Below the pieces are notes generated by a model that made no database searches, was not told where the DNA came from, and worked only from the letters and a program-made list of their open reading frames with translations. Positions 12,893 through 26,912 of a stretch of 62,000 nucleotides of DNA are shown piece by piece. The position numbers and the translations under genes are program-made. How positions within the stretch are numbered: position 1 is the first letter of the stretch; each line of letters opens with the position of its first letter. This DNA is from Diadema setosum (taxonomy: Eukaryota), in assembly GCF_964275005.1 (NCBI RefSeq), contig NC_092705.1, positions 6,262,001-6,324,000 of the forward strand, read 5' to 3'.

Positions 12893-13674
12893 TGACGTCA
12901 TTCTCCTCTCTCTCTCTCTCTCTTCAAACACCAAACACCAAACACACGCACACACAACACACACGCACACACACACACACAAACGCACGCGCAACACACA
13001 AACACACACGGAGTTTTGTCATGATTTGACGATTGATTTACGTTATAACGTACACCAACGTACCGCTCTCCCTTGACACTGCTTGAGGTCATCGTTGCGT
13101 GCTGTCGTCTGCGATCCATAAGATTTTTATTCGACGTTGATTCTCTGCGGTAGTCCTACATTATTTATCTTCGCTCCGTGACTCAAAAAGCACTACGTAG
13201 GAAAGAATAAAAAAAAAACTGTTTGAAATGTGCGTACCGATAGGAGGAAGCGATGAATCATATTTCATTGTTGAATGAGCTGCAAATGAAAGCCATTTTT
13301 TTACGAGCGCGTTGTCTGATCAACTGCTGTGTTCGCCGGTGTGTTCGCCACATTCAGACATTCGCGAAAGATTAATTTAGGAACAGTTAGTCTCCTGTTG
13401 CTTCCCGGGGAATCGGAGCTGTGCTAAAGACTACATACCATTACCACTTTGTGAAACGTTACACGCCTTGTCTGTGGTAAGGAATAAGATGTTTTGTTTT
13501 GTTTTTGGTATTTTCTTCAAACAGTGACTGCTCATTCAACGTCCGTCACACCACTGGATATGGGTTGGGCCTATATTGCTGACCTAAATATAAACTAAAA
13601 ATTGGACCGTTATTTGCTACGATTGTTGCAGTGAAACGTGTATCTGAAGATTACAGATTGTGAACGGTGTTGAG
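12893..13674 (+). promoter_or_regulatory. Putative TSS and non-coding exon 1, probably of the GPCR
   Basis: Full CRE TGACGTCA (12893-12900) overlapping an Inr-like TCATTC; CT/CA tracts and CpG-rich leader; consensus donor GAG|GTAAGT at 13674; no other + strand CDS found before the 49329 acceptor. Confidence 0.45.
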
Positions 13675-14751
13675 GTAAGTTAAAAATCGTAACGAATTAG
13701 TGATGATTCTACTCACTTAAGTGAGCCATTATTAGCCATTGACATTTTATGTATCATGTAATATAGGCTCCATTCTATCTTGCGACTTTCCCTTTTTGTT
13801 TTGGATGTACAGGAGAGAATCGAATCATCAAAATCAACTGGATAGTGATCGATAATGATTATCACATTTCCGTTCTAAAGGTATATAACCAGTATGATCT
13901 CTGTTAAATATCTGTTTGGTATCTGATGAAATACGCGACTCGCTTATCATGCCTCGATGCGAAGGATATAGAACACAAATGATGGAAAATTGACTGCACT
14001 ACATTGCTGCAAATTGACATTTGGTAACATGATATGGGCATGAGAATGATCAAGAGGGGGAAAAAAAAGATCATAGAGATATTCATGCTGGTACCATAAT
14101 TATGATGAGTAATTCATGGATGCAGCAATAATATTAATAATGTCGAATTCAGCAATGTTTGGCACTGATGTTGGCCTATTCTTTCCAGGGAAGATTTGTG
14201 ATATCGGCTACTGTATAAATTATGTCTCAGGAATAGTTTTGATCAGGAGGCAGTCTTGCCCGTTTCGGCTGAAATACCGACAAAGCAATCGGTTTATTTC
14301 TTCTTCTTTTTCTTGAGGGTTCGATGCTATAATTATAGGCCTACATCTCATTGTGGGCCTTTCCTCTCTTAATTTTCTATTTCCTCGGCCCCGTCGTGCA
14401 AAATCCCTTTACCATGACCTTCATAGAGTATCATATACTAGTAGCTAGAGTAATCATTAATGACTTGCGATAATATTCAAGACTATCATACGGAAATTGT
14501 ACAATGAATCCTGTGAATACATAAAGTTGATTGGGTTACACTGTAAACAGAATATACTCTCCAAACTTCGCAGGAATATATGATAGAACAAGTGACTGAC
14601 GGTCAGTGTGGCGGTATAGCAAACGTATGTATGATCCATAGTCCGCAAAACGAGAATAATGTATCCCACCGTTGGAAGTATGACAGTATTCCATCGTTAT
14701 GTCGCCGCGTCTTCTACTGCAAACAGCCTACTTTCATAGCCGTAAAAAGCG

Positions 14752-14790
<39 letters not shown>

Positions 14791-15202
14791 GAGAGTCGTT
14801 TCACGAGACGTGTGTGAGGAACGTTCATCATAATAATATATGAGTGAGATTGGACTTCGGACTCGCGCGATCTCCGTGAAGCGGGATATAACTTACCGGA
14901 CAGCACATTAATTTATGACCTTGTTATAATTTATGGAGGGGGGGGGGGGGGATAAAGGTAAAGAGTAAAGCTTGGGGGAGTTTCAGCGGTAAGGGGAGGA
15001 CGAAGCTGAAAAGATAGGAGCTTCTTCGTTTTGGCCAAGCTAGCAGTGAGGAAAGTATCACACATGAGGTTTGACATTACCCAAGCCCATACGTGCAATG
15101 TTGCTCCTTTTTAGAATGTTCAAGTTGGTGTCAATAAATGAGTAAAATATTAACAGACATGTTGATGAAGTAAAATAAAATTCACAAGTCGAACACACTG
15201 TC

Positions 15203-15580
15203 CTAAGGCTACATTACCATTTTCAAATGAAAAAACAACAACAAAACAAAACAGCTTTAGTGCTTTAAAATTGTTCCAAAATTTGAGTTAGGGGTAGAAA
15301 CAACCAATGTCAAAATGCTATTCAGTATTCAAATGTTGCTGTTAAATATACAACATATGAACGAAAGTTTTATTAAAATCGTTTCTAGAATAAACCGTTG
15401 ACAGTTCTGGTATATTCATAAAATTACTGATATCTCCTTATAACTTTGGTGTCATTGTAAAATTTTCATATGGTAGGATATTTTGTGATGCAAAGTTCGA
15501 AACTATACATGAATATGCGTCTAATGCGATTACTTGAACATTCTTTTAATCACTGCTCCCAATGGTAAACAGTGGCTTTT
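15203..15580. mobile_element. Degenerate Kolobok-type MITE, family C
   Basis: Colinear similarity to 34188-34554 (GAGTTAGGG.TAGAAACAACCAATGT, CACTGCTCCCAA). Confidence 0.7.
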
Positions 15581-16074
15581 GTTAAGAAAGCATGGATTAT
15601 TAAGCTTCCTGTGTTAAAAAAAAAGACTCCACGGTGATATTTGTCACATAACTTTGTATGTAGTCACCTCATAACTCTCTTATCTCATATAGCTCTCACA
15701 ATTCATTTCATTCACAGTAGGGAATTTAGTGATGTGAAGATTTGCCTGCGGATTACTTTGAAGATGATTTTTAACACACAATTTACAATGGAGTGATGTC
15801 GAAGTCTATTAATACCGCGAGAATAAGCAGGTCAGACATCCGTTTGAACAGCAATGAATAGTCGGATGTAGCTGCGCTAATATTACCTGCTCCTTAAGCA
15901 CTGCTAATGGTGCTATTCAAAAGAGGACCGACTCGTTTCAATAGTCTGAAGGTATATTGTCTCTTCAGTAAATTTTTACTTTCACTTCGTTTTGTCTGGT
16001 TGCCTAGTCTGCTTTTGCTGTTGTTGTCGTTTGTTTTGGGAAATATTACTAACTCGAAAGGGATTTTTATACTG

Positions 16075-16775
16075 ATGCATTTCCCACACAACCTTCTTGG
16101 AAAAAGAATTTCCCACACACTCTTCTCGCCTCTTTCAGAAAGCAAGAGGAATATTACCCTTAACATTAAAGTAACAAGCCAAAGGAATGTCTTACATTAT
16201 TATTTATTATTATTTCAGTTTTATTTCCACAGGGTAGTCTCATCAAGACCAGCAGGTCCTGCTCTTCCAGAGAGCCCTGCCCATGATAAAAATACATAAA
16301 CATTCATCGTAACACAAAGTTAACCTTCGTACATTATTGAACAGTAAAACATTAAAATCTACACACATGAATACTTATCATAATACAATCAAAATGAAAT
16401 AAAATCATCTCAATAGATATATTTCTTTACATAGAATAAAAGTGGAATAACCCATCCCCCTCCCCCCCCCCCCAACAAAAACTAATAATTACAAACCCTC
16501 ACGCCTATAACGTACGCACACACAATGTTTCATAAGAAATGAAATTTTGTGAAATCTCTTTACGTTTTTCCTTATATCATTGTCCATGTGCCACGTGACG
16601 TTACGAACCGTCGGAGTCTTCTTATCCCAGCGATGGCTGCACCAAAAACTGTGAAGATGGATAACTTTTGAATGGACTGTCGGATTTTCGTCTAGATGTT
16701 TGTGATGTATTCTACTGTGATTGCTGCAGTCAATGCCCATGTATATAGGGCCTACATTGGTTTCATTCCCCTTTG
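16075..16775. mobile_element. Old degenerate family-A MITE interrupted by a SINE 3' fragment (~16195-16290)
   Basis: 16075-16170 and 16525-16775 resemble the centre and right arm of 11241-11800; the insert CAGGGTAGTCTC...CAGAGAGCCCTGCC matches the SINE 3' part at ~46625-46677. Confidence 0.55.
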
Positions 16776-17034
16776 TGTACCTGTATGTACTGGCACTGCC
16801 TATAGTTTAAATTTCTTACATTATAGTTAAATGTATTGGTAATAATTTCCCTGAGAAATCTGGGAGTGTGATGTTGCTCCAGCACAGGGAGATCGAATTA
16901 AAAAGGTCGGTCGAAAACGCTTAAAATTACAGGCGTCTTAATCTATAAAACTGGACTGGAAAATCAAATGACTATACCTTGTTAACTAATTGTGGTAGTG
17001 AGATAGGAATATGAATATGATTACACAGTGTATA

Positions 17035-17547
17035 CACTGTAAAAACATCGGTGTGTGTTAAATTTAACACCGATCAAGTGTTAATAGAGGACCACACCCA
17101 CAGGTGTAGAAAATGCACTGTGATGGTGTTGAAAAGTGTTCACCTGACACTTCGTGGTGTTAATTTGACACTGTACCTGGTGATATTTTGACACTGTACT
17201 GGTGTTAATTCAAAAATGACACCACATGGTGTTGATTTGATATTGCTGGTGTTAATATCAATGGTTTAACACCCGTCCAGCTTCAATAAGAGACCACACC
17301 AGCTGGTGTTACTGTGGTGTAAATTTATTTTCACATTTTTTCAACAATCTAGTATTTTAATGTAAAATTCTTGATCGTCTTGTTTAAATTAAAATTCAAC
17401 AAGAAGTGCAGTTACTAAGAAACTCTTCAAAAAACGGTTTTATATTTGGAAATGACATCCGGAGGTGTTAATTTAACACCATAAATGAGCACCGAAAATT
17501 TAACACCAGCTCGGTGTTCACTATTTAACACCGGACTTTTTGCAGTG
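17035..17547. mobile_element. CMC/EnSpm-like non-autonomous element with subterminal repeats
   Basis: TA-CACTGTAAAAA ... TTTTTGCAGTG-TA; many TTAACACC/GGTGTTAA motifs inside. Confidence 0.75.
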
Positions 17548-19531
17548 TACGCGTATATTAGTATACTGTGAAATCCAAACTCTAACGGCTCACTGACAAG
17601 CAAACTACTGCCGTGTATAGCGCTTTTACGCAGATATCTGTTCTCACTAGTGTACAATGAATTTGTTATCTATCTCCAGTGGCACAGAATGCTCAGTTTC
17701 AAGACGTCACTATACTATGTATAACATTTCTCACATATACTCCAACCAACATAACACTCCCCCCCCCCCCCCCAATCAGGGCCGAATGCACATTAGTATA
17801 AAGCCCATTAACTATACTATGACGTATATACTGTGTCCTATACAGAGATACAAACTTCGCCAATTTCTGTTCAATAATGTAATTATCACATTATAAACGA
17901 TGCTCACAATTAAGATTTTGGTTTCGACCAGGGAGGTGGGTGTATACTGAATGTGTCTCCGTTGAGTACATGTTAGTAAACAATTGGTCGTTTATATCAC
18001 TGTCTTTGTTCACTTTAAAGATCTAATTTCTGTTTCGGACCACGATTCAACATCCACACTCAACATTTTTATACACAATGTCATCAATGACAATAAGTGC
18101 TCTGTTATTAGAATGCCTCCTGCTCTCTCGCCACTTCCAAATGTCCTTGATGTGGATATAAATAATATAGTATATGCTGAAAGATGAGGGAATCAAAAGC
18201 GGCAATTATCCCCCAGCTCTACACTGACAGACATTCCAGTACAGTGTGAAAATCTATTCGTGTCGCTACAAAAAAAAAAACAAAAAAAAACACATTTGTG
18301 TCAACTTGTTGAAGAGAAAGAGCACGAAAGAGCTTTAAACTCCAAAGACTTGCGACTTTGCGAAATTCAGTCTATTAACGTCAGCATTTAAACTCATAAA
18401 AGAACTCGTTGGTTTCGTGAACGCGTTCACCTAATTACGTTGCATAGAAACAGCTAGGTCATACTCATAGCAGTGGTTAGATGAAATACATTCAGCAAGC
18501 ATTTCCCCCACAATTGTGACGTCATGATATAATGAACGTTCGGATTGGTACAAACTTAGGCCTATACATGCTAAATATGAGTGTTTGAAAGAGTGCGTTG
18601 TAAAAACAGTGTCACCTAATCACCGCAAACCATTGCTACACCTGCAACAAGATTGTAACATATAACAAAATATGATTGTCATGCAATAATCATTACCAAA
18701 AAAGGATTATCGAACATTATCCTCACTTCACGCCCCCTCCCGTTACCACTACCCCCCCCCCCCCCCAATCAGCCAACTCATCTCAACATCCGCTTGTCTA
18801 TTCGATAAAGTACGTTCAGGTTGAGAATCAAAATTGAAGGGTAAAAATCACACAAGGAAAGGTAATTCCATTATTGTGGTTCATTGTGGTTTATTACACG
18901 AGAAAATTCATACATTTTGACAAATTTTCAATACATTAATGATGACTTTGGCCACAATTTCATCGGAAAGTTCGACAAGGTGATGACGTCAACGCTCCTA
19001 TATATATAGTCTCCCGTTAAAACACACTCAAATTTCGCTGTGTGTCCCGTTCTTCGTTGAATAAAGGAGCATGATATTCTAACTGGACTGAACTGCTATA
19101 CAATACCATGGTTACAATGACCTCTGTATATTATGCGGAATAATTGTAGTTGTTACATTGGATGTACTTATTTACCAATCACTAATAAGTTACTTGATTT
19201 ATCAGTATTTTTTATGTTAAAACCAGTGGGAGAAACGTAAAATGATAACAAACCACCTTATCATATTAATATTAAGCAATGCTATCACCTATGGTAAAAA
19301 AAAACCCAATCAAACAAAAAAAAAATGTTTTTCCCATATTATGCCTACATATTGAAGCTTTTCAGCCATTCTGTCTGTATAATTCTGCACTTCAGTCAAC
19401 TTTTGAAATATGCGTTTGAATTGCACTTAAAATTCAAATGAAGTTGAATAAATACAGTGATATAACAGCATCTCATTCTATATGCGGCTTATACAAATAT
19501 CATTATTTTGTGAACCAGAGAATGTCTTTAG

Positions 19532-19831
19532 TTAAAGGGATGGTAATAATCGTTTTAGTTGAGATGGGGCTTCAGGTTTTTACGTCTTTTCATGATGAGT
19601 TTTTGAGATGATATAAGAAACCTCTTGGATATGAAGTATTTAAAAGATATAATTCCAAGATCCACCTTTTATCAAAATTGCTTTGTTTTGGATATCGCAG
19701 CCATTTTAAAACCAGTTGTCATCAAATAAACTTTGAACTCCTCTTAGTTTATTATAAGTGATTTCTACGTATCTAGATAAAAGTTAAAAGCTAAATCCTC
19801 ATCTCAATCAATACTTTACCACCTCTTTTAA
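19532..19831. mobile_element. Kolobok-type MITE, family B (internally deleted)
   Basis: TTAAAGGGATGGTA...GTTGAGATGGGG / CCTCATCTCAATCAATACTTTACCACCTCTTTTAA. Confidence 0.75.
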
Positions 19832-21808
19832 TTCGATTTTGATGAAACTTGACAATGATAATATTTTTTTTGTGCTCAATCCACCTTCAACGTAATCTAG
19901 AATATCGCACTTTTAAAGTCGACAGTTGCACACCGCTGTCGCGAGATCACGTGATTCATCGAAGGTCAAATTCCACGCTTTGTGCTCATGAATAATACCC
20001 ACTGCAATTTATAGAGCGTCACAAATGCAAATAATGTTGTAAAAGCAGCGTATGAGGAAATGTTCGACACGACGTGCATGCGAAGTGTATGATAGGGCAA
20101 CGTAATGGATAGATAGGTATGTGTCGATGCTAGCACGTAATAGGCGTATGCGCATAAAGCCGTAAAACACATGAGGTAAGCTAACAGTTGTACGTGCATA
20201 CTGATTTAACAGATGCATATGGTTTATCTATGTACATGGAATATGTATATATCCATACTTAAATGGTAATGCACACAGATATGAAATCCTATATTCATAT
20301 AGAATTACATACAGAAATGCCTAATAACATAAAATGCCTAATAACATAATAATTCTTAGAAACACGTGTTAATGCGTTAATATTTGTATACACGTTATCC
20401 AATAAGCACGCATGTTTTTTAGCATCTATGTTCTAATAATCTATGTAACAATATAATACATGTTCATTTATACATTGTATGACTTGTATGATTGGATAAT
20501 TAATCAGGGATCACTTATTCTACGATTTGTGTATGTCAGTTTCGCATTTAGAGATTAATGCACAAAATTCTCAAACCGGATGCAAAAGGGAAGTAGATGT
20601 GCACACTTGAAAGTTGTGTCTACTCATAAGAAACCCTGATTAAGTCATCGGACATCAATAATTGTCATTTTACTGTTTGTTTGTTTGTTTTTTCCAACAA
20701 TTTCTCTGCGCTGAAAGGGTATTTCATTTGCCCCACTAATTCCTTAACAGTCTTTTATACGAATAGGAAGAAATCTGGCTACTATAAAAAAAAAAAAATC
20801 TCTAGAAATTCTATTTGGAACTTAGAATAATTCAAGTGTGCAGGTAATTACGTAATCGAAATAACTGGGTGAATTTCATTGTAGCCCAATAACTTGTTTA
20901 AAAAAATCATGTTTCATGTCAACTTTTAAGGTAAAGATATAAATAGTATAAATAAGTATAGATTTCATACCTTTTCATACTCTTTCAAAAGGGATATTTT
21001 TGTGCGAAAACGCAATTGACAACTGCTTATATGTAAGGTGTGAACGTGAACACAATAGACAAAACTTGGAAGGAATTCCTGACATGCTCTACATACAAAG
21101 ATCCCCATTTCTCTGTGACCACTGATGCACATCGAATGGGGTTTATTGTAAGATGTAGGCAAAAAGTTAGTTTCATATACCTTGAAATTGCATTCTGATT
21201 GATTGACTACTTTTAAAGTTATCATTTTGATTTGATTTGATTTGATTTGATTTGATTTATTTTCGCATTCAATCAGATACAAATAAATTGAATTCAAATT
21301 TCAAAAGTACAAGGACTAAGAATAGCAAGTGCAGTGAAATAAATCGATAACGGTACACGAATAGATACTCATGAGTGGTTGCATTGAGCAGTATACATTC
21401 GTGCACAAAAACATAAAAACAGTATTTTTCAGTAAATGACAGAGTTGATTGAATGCTGGAGACCGCCATTGTGATAAGCGATGGCGATCTCCTGCATCGT
21501 TCATTGCAGAAAGTCCGATCGTATTTTTTTTTTTTAACATACAGTATAGCGGTATAGTGCCTCTCATAATATCATATCTGTCCATTTTAGGTTTTACCAG
21601 GTAGTCGCAGGTACCTGTTGACTACTTTATTTCACTTTTCCTTCCTCTCTTCCGTGCTCCTGTGCATCTGATTCACTGGGTGCGGAGAAGGAAAGGAAAA
21701 AAATATATAGGGCATATATAATGAGAAAAACCATTACTACAAAACCTCCACGGAAAACCAAACTTGCAGCCTCAAAACCCTCAAACATGCTTTGACAAAA
21801 AATGCATA

Positions 21809-21889
21809 GAGAAACCATGGAGCTAGGTTTGTAGCTCCATGGAGAAACCATGGAGGTAGAGAAATTCTTTTCTACCTCCATGGAGAAGC
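21809..21889. mobile_element. Two stacked CA..TG mini-palindromes sharing a 7-bp target (P-superfamily footprint-like)
   Basis: GAGAAAC-[CATGGAGCTAGGTTTGTAGCTCCATG]-GAGAAAC-[CATGGAGGTAGAGAAATTCTTTTCTACCTCCATG]-GAGAAGC. Confidence 0.75.
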
Positions 21890-23125
21890 GCAGACACACA
21901 TAAAACACCTCTATATGTAAAGCATATTTACGCGTGTTAAGTAGTTCTACCTCCACGGTTATACATAGAGCAACGCGAACAGATTGACTCTCTGAAAAGC
22001 CAATGCTGAAGAGAGGCAACCAATGACGAAACAAGAAGTTGGAGAGAACCTGCACTTGAGAGAACCATGAGAAAAGTAAAAGAGAGAGAGAAAAAAAAAA
22101 CAGCGTTCTTGCTTGCAGGACGATTGACCCGCTGACCTGCCCGTTTTTGTCATTTGACCAATAGGAAGTGACCTGAGTTCGAAGCAACAACTTTTACATT
22201 TCACCTCAGCATCCATGCGTCGGCCTGTAGCCATCACAATGATACTGTATAATGTGATCAAATCATTGCTCGCAGCCTACATTTTGATAATTACTTCTCT
22301 AAGTAAGCTTTTGTAGATTCTTGCATATAGATGCGGTAAGACAGTGTGCAGGTAGCTATCTGTTGTTGTTTTTTTTTTTTGTAATTACAAAATTACTCGC
22401 AGTCCTCCAACCCTTATTCCTAACTTTATAGTTGTGTGTGTGTGCGTGTGTGTGTCACTCGAATAGCGAAAAGGCTCACAAAAGGTTCACAAGTAAGGCG
22501 GCATTATGACATTGTACAATGAGATTACACTTCAACATCGTGCGTGGAATTTCAATCAATCAGATATTCTTACTAATTCATATATACATTGTATATTTTT
22601 TCTCTCTCCCTCTCTCTCTCTCTGGGATTTTTTTTTTTCTGGTTTAGTAACGCTAGAACTACACTGGGTTGTACAATAAAGAAGGGCAATTAAAAGCTCA
22701 AAGAGTTAACTCCGTGATAGCTAGTGGCCATTCATCATTCTAGCTTTCTAAAAATAGATGTAACGATGAAAATCTCAACAAGCTATAGGGATTGTAGTTT
22801 CATTCTTGCCTGACAAAGCGATCACACGTGGCGTACAAATTGAAATTCTTGTCTATGGAATCTGAACCTCTATAAAGATGGGTAATAAATCAAACTGCCT
22901 TAGTTTTGACACATGACGTGTTCATAGAAGAAACCATCGAGTCCAGGGGTGATTTCTTAATGAGAAGATGCATGCTTTCATCCACTCCAGAGGAATTGAA
23001 ATAAGATCGTTATGGCCCATTTCGTGGGCCAAGGATTTCCAATATTAAAAACTCGGTATATCACTTGAACCGCAACAAGTTTGTCGTCGAGACTTCATTG
23101 AAAATTAACAACAACCCCCTTTACC

Positions 23126-23691
23126 TTAAAGGGAAGATAAACCCCAAGAGCAATGTGGATTGAGTGAAAGCAACAACATTAGTAGAACACATCAGTGAAA
23201 GTTTGAAGAAAATCGGACAATCGATGCAAAAGTTATGAATTTTTAAAGTTTTGATGTTGGAACCGCTGGATGAGGAGACTACTAGAGGTTATGACGTATG
23301 AGTGGACAACAATACCAAGAAAATATAAAGAAAATTCTGCAAAAATCCATTTTTCATAAAAATTACAAATTCCATCAACTTGATGTTGACATATGTTAAG
23401 GGTAGCAATTATTCCCCCTGCTTTCTGAACGCGGTTGGTCCATTGCTCTTTCATAATTCTAGAAAAGTGAATTTTTGTTGAATTTCCTTTATATTTTCTT
23501 TGTATTGTTGTCCACTCATACGTCATATCCTCTAGTAGTCTCCTCCTCCTGTGGTTCCAACACCAAAACTTTAAAAATTCATAACTTTTGCATCGATTGT
23601 CCGATTTTCCTCAAACTTTCACTGATGTGTTCTACTAATGTTGCTGCTTTCACTCAATCCACATTGTTCTTTGGGTTTACCTTCCCTTTAA
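23126..23691. mobile_element. Kolobok/T2-type MITE related to family A, near-perfect ~200-bp TIRs
   Basis: TTAA-AGGGAAGATAAACCCCAAGAGCAATGTGGATTGAG ... CTCAATCCACATTGTTCTTTGGGTTTACCTTCCCT-TTAA; internal similarity to 11241-11800. Confidence 0.88.
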
Positions 23692-26049
23692 TACAAAAGG
23701 GTTCCAGACTCATTTAGATGCGATGAAACGAATTATCATCATGTTAGGTCGTTTAAAGGCTTACTTCTGCTTTGTCACTTACATGTGAGTATACTTAATG
23801 CATTTTTTTTGGGGGGGGGGGGTATACACTTACTCTTTTAACCATGTCAAATCAATTATTTTCTCTTACATTGCTTTTTTTGTCTTGTTTTGTGAGTTGC
23901 TGTTTTGTTTGAAAGACATAAGATGTGTGTTCCTTAAAAAAAAAGGAAAGACAAATGTCTGACTGGTTTATGAAAGGTTATAGGCTAATATAAATCAACT
24001 GTTCATTGACAATAACCCAAGCCATGAGCCATGAGCTCAAATTGCGGTGTCTCAGCCGACCCCCCCCCCCCCCTGCTCTCCCCCACCCCACGGGCAACAT
24101 GTTTATCGCGCACCTGTAACAAAGGTTCGCGCACTAAGCAAGCATTCGCGCACTCAGTACGAGATGCCCATTGGCTAAAACAACCATGCATCAGTTTTTC
24201 ATTCTGCGCGCGTGAGAGGGGTGGGGAGAGAGGAGGGGGGGGGGGTCGGATGATACACCGCAGTAATGGCGCTGCCCATGCCAAAAATACTAGTACACAT
24301 AGCGCGTCACAGAATCGGTCAATAGGTCAACTTGGCTTGCACCTTTTTACATATCTCCCAACAAATATGTTCTGAAATACCAATTTCTCTTCCCGTAAAG
24401 ACTTCTTTGTTATGGAGATAGTGTCCGCAACATTTAATTATCTAAAAGGAAATTCATTTCAACCAAGAAATTATTGTCGTTGTTATTACTATTTACATCA
24501 TCATTTTCTTCTCCTATGGGAAATGAATACCTCCTTATTCAGATTTACATATAGACCATATTTTTATTGTTATAATGATTATCAATATACGTGAAAAGTA
24601 AGATTCTACGGGTTTTTGTGTTGTCGGGTATCAACGCAACTTTTGCAGTTATCTTTCATTCTATTCATTAAATTCGATTAAAAAAATGGACTGGCATTTT
24701 CACCTTTAAGTCCCTCAGTATCATCAAGGAGGTACTAGGCAAAGCCCTCCTTGGTCAGTGTTGGTATCATTAAAAGAAAATCATTATTGATAGCTAGGGC
24801 TTTTATAAAAAGAGGGAAGTGCGTGGGCTAAAGCTATCGGCCATCCAGAAAGCTAACAGCTGACAACAAATTTCTGGGACCCGGGCGATTGAGTCAAGGT
24901 CTGTGTCATGATATCCCTTTTCAACATTGCCCAGATGACATAAATATTTGCGCGATGAAGTCGCGATGGGGGTAGCCGTGTGAGAAGAAACATCAAACCA
25001 TCTCTCACTAGCTGGAAGCCAATAACTGGTAGACAGGAGCGAGATGAGATGAGGCACCGATGTTATAATGATAATCATCCGTTTATAGAATGGTCTCGTT
25101 TCGCGAGACCAGCCCACCCGGAGACAACATAAAACAATACAAAGAATAAAACTTATATCCCTCAATCTAGGTTTTTCTTGTCATGCTTGTCACGAATGGT
25201 TGAAGACATCGTCAACAGGCCAGCAAGATACCTCTGGGGTTGCTGGATTCAGAACCCAGCTGAAAAGTAGTTAAGATTGAGAGCATCACCTAGCAAAGAA
25301 AGAGACTTGTTAGCTCTTCACTTTCAAACACAGACATGATAGACAATCGAATTTGATACTTTTAATATGTTATGTACTCTTGCTTAGGGCAAAGTCTTCT
25401 ATACAGTGCTGCTTTATCAATCATGTACATTATTATGCGTTATGGGCTTTGTGCTCTTCTTGTACTCTTCTTGTTTTTCTCCTTTTTGTTTCATTTTGTT
25501 CAATAAAAAATGGGGAAAACAGAAGGTTTATCCATGGAACTATAGTTTGTATAGCTCCATGGTGTATATGACAATGAACATTTCTCATACAAAACTTACT
25601 TTTTGTCTACGGATCATACCCATGTATTTGTTTGTTTGTTTGTTTATTTGTTTGTCTGTCTGTCTGGTTTTTTTTTTTAAGGGCCGCGGTAGCTTGTCAA
25701 AGACATTTTGCTCTTACTGGGTCAACTTTAGGCCGTATTTTGTGTACCGATGTCAGTAAAATAGATCTTTCAAGATTTGAGAAGCGTCGTTCAATCAGTA
25801 GTTCATCTGACCGAAGATATCTTCACGGTGATGAGTGATGATTTTCGCGTATTGACCCCGTGATTCAGACAATCAGGCCCTGGCGGTCTTCAAAGTCCAG
25901 TTGTGTCCACTCATCACTCCCGAAGACCCCATTCGCGCTTTTCCTCATTTTTATTCGTCTTACCATGAAGCTCTACAATCTTTCAAAATGACCATGCATG
26001 ATGCGAGATCTGATTCGTGCACCAGTCCATGGAGGTCATTTAATGACAG

Positions 26050-26315
26050 GGGAAAAAGATAGATGATTCGAAAGGAAGGACAACCGGGATGACACGAAGG
26101 ATGAGGAGATTAATCAGGATGAAGAGAAAGGAGGATACAAGGGAGAGAAGATGATCATGGAGATGAAAAGGAGAAGTAGTGTCTACCGGAAATGAGTACA
26201 AAAACAAGAAGAAATTTGATGGTTAACTAGGAAGAAGGAGGAGGAGGAGTAGGAGAAGAATTAGGAGGAGGAGAGGAGGAGAAGGAGAGAAAATCCGAAG
26301 AGGGAGGAGAACAAG
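26050..26315. repeat. GA-rich low-complexity tract
   Basis: Direct reading (GGA/GAA runs). Confidence 0.7.
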
Positions 26316-26439
26316 ATGTCAACATAATATATGATGTTGGACTGTGATTTCTTGACGTACTTGATGTCAGCATAAGGAAAATTGTATCAAAATTCAAAAT
26401 AATAATATAGATGAAACAATAACAATATATGATATCATT

Positions 26440-26912
26440 TTATCCAGGGTAGCCTAGTTCTGAGAACTACATAGAGCTATGTACTCTTCTAGAGGGTCCT
26501 GCTGTCACCAGGCCTATATAGGCCTACCAAGCATTGTCACGTTCCGATGTTTATAACTGGGTTGAGAAGGCTAGTTTGCAAGCACACACCCTTTTTTGGT
26601 CGTAAAGGAGTCCGTGCAAAAGCTTCTCTTTCTTATTTCATCCACTGTAGCTGCTTCCATTTGGGAGCAACTACAGTACATGGCATATATGGGACTAGGC
26701 AGGTGAGACCTCCCTGATTATGTCACAGTTCCAGTGATACAATGTTGTCTTTATGGCGCCCGGGATGGCGCAGACTCCTTTACGACCGACAAGGGTTTGT
26801 TACTGCAAACTCCGAGAAGGCAATTACAAGTAAAAACACCTTTTCACAGGACGCAAGCACTTGACCGGATTCGAACTCGGAACGTCTGTATAATCCGGTA
26901 CGCCACCGTGCC
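26440..26912 (-). mobile_element. Degenerate tRNA-derived SINE split by the 26572-26812 insertion
   Basis: B-box complement GGATTCGAACTC ~26867; segments colinear with the SINE at 46606-46841. Confidence 0.65.
26572..26812. mobile_element. TIR element (TAG terminus, 8-9 bp TSD; Academ- or hAT-like) nested in a SINE
   Basis: TAGTTTGCAAGCACACACCCTT...GGTCGTAAAGGAGTC / GACTCCTTTACGACC...AAGGGTTTGTTACTGCAAACTC; flanked by (T/C)GAGAAGGC on both sides. Confidence 0.7.

Noticed and set aside
21809..21889. CRISPR-like repeat-spacer pattern (also 40933-41025)
   Set aside because: Repeats are only 7 bp, the palindromes are in the spacers, there are no cas genes and the context is eukaryotic; better explained as target-site duplications
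21627..22261. 187-aa and 100-aa minus-strand ORFs
   Set aside because: No recognisable domain; they run through the footprint cluster and low-complexity tracts
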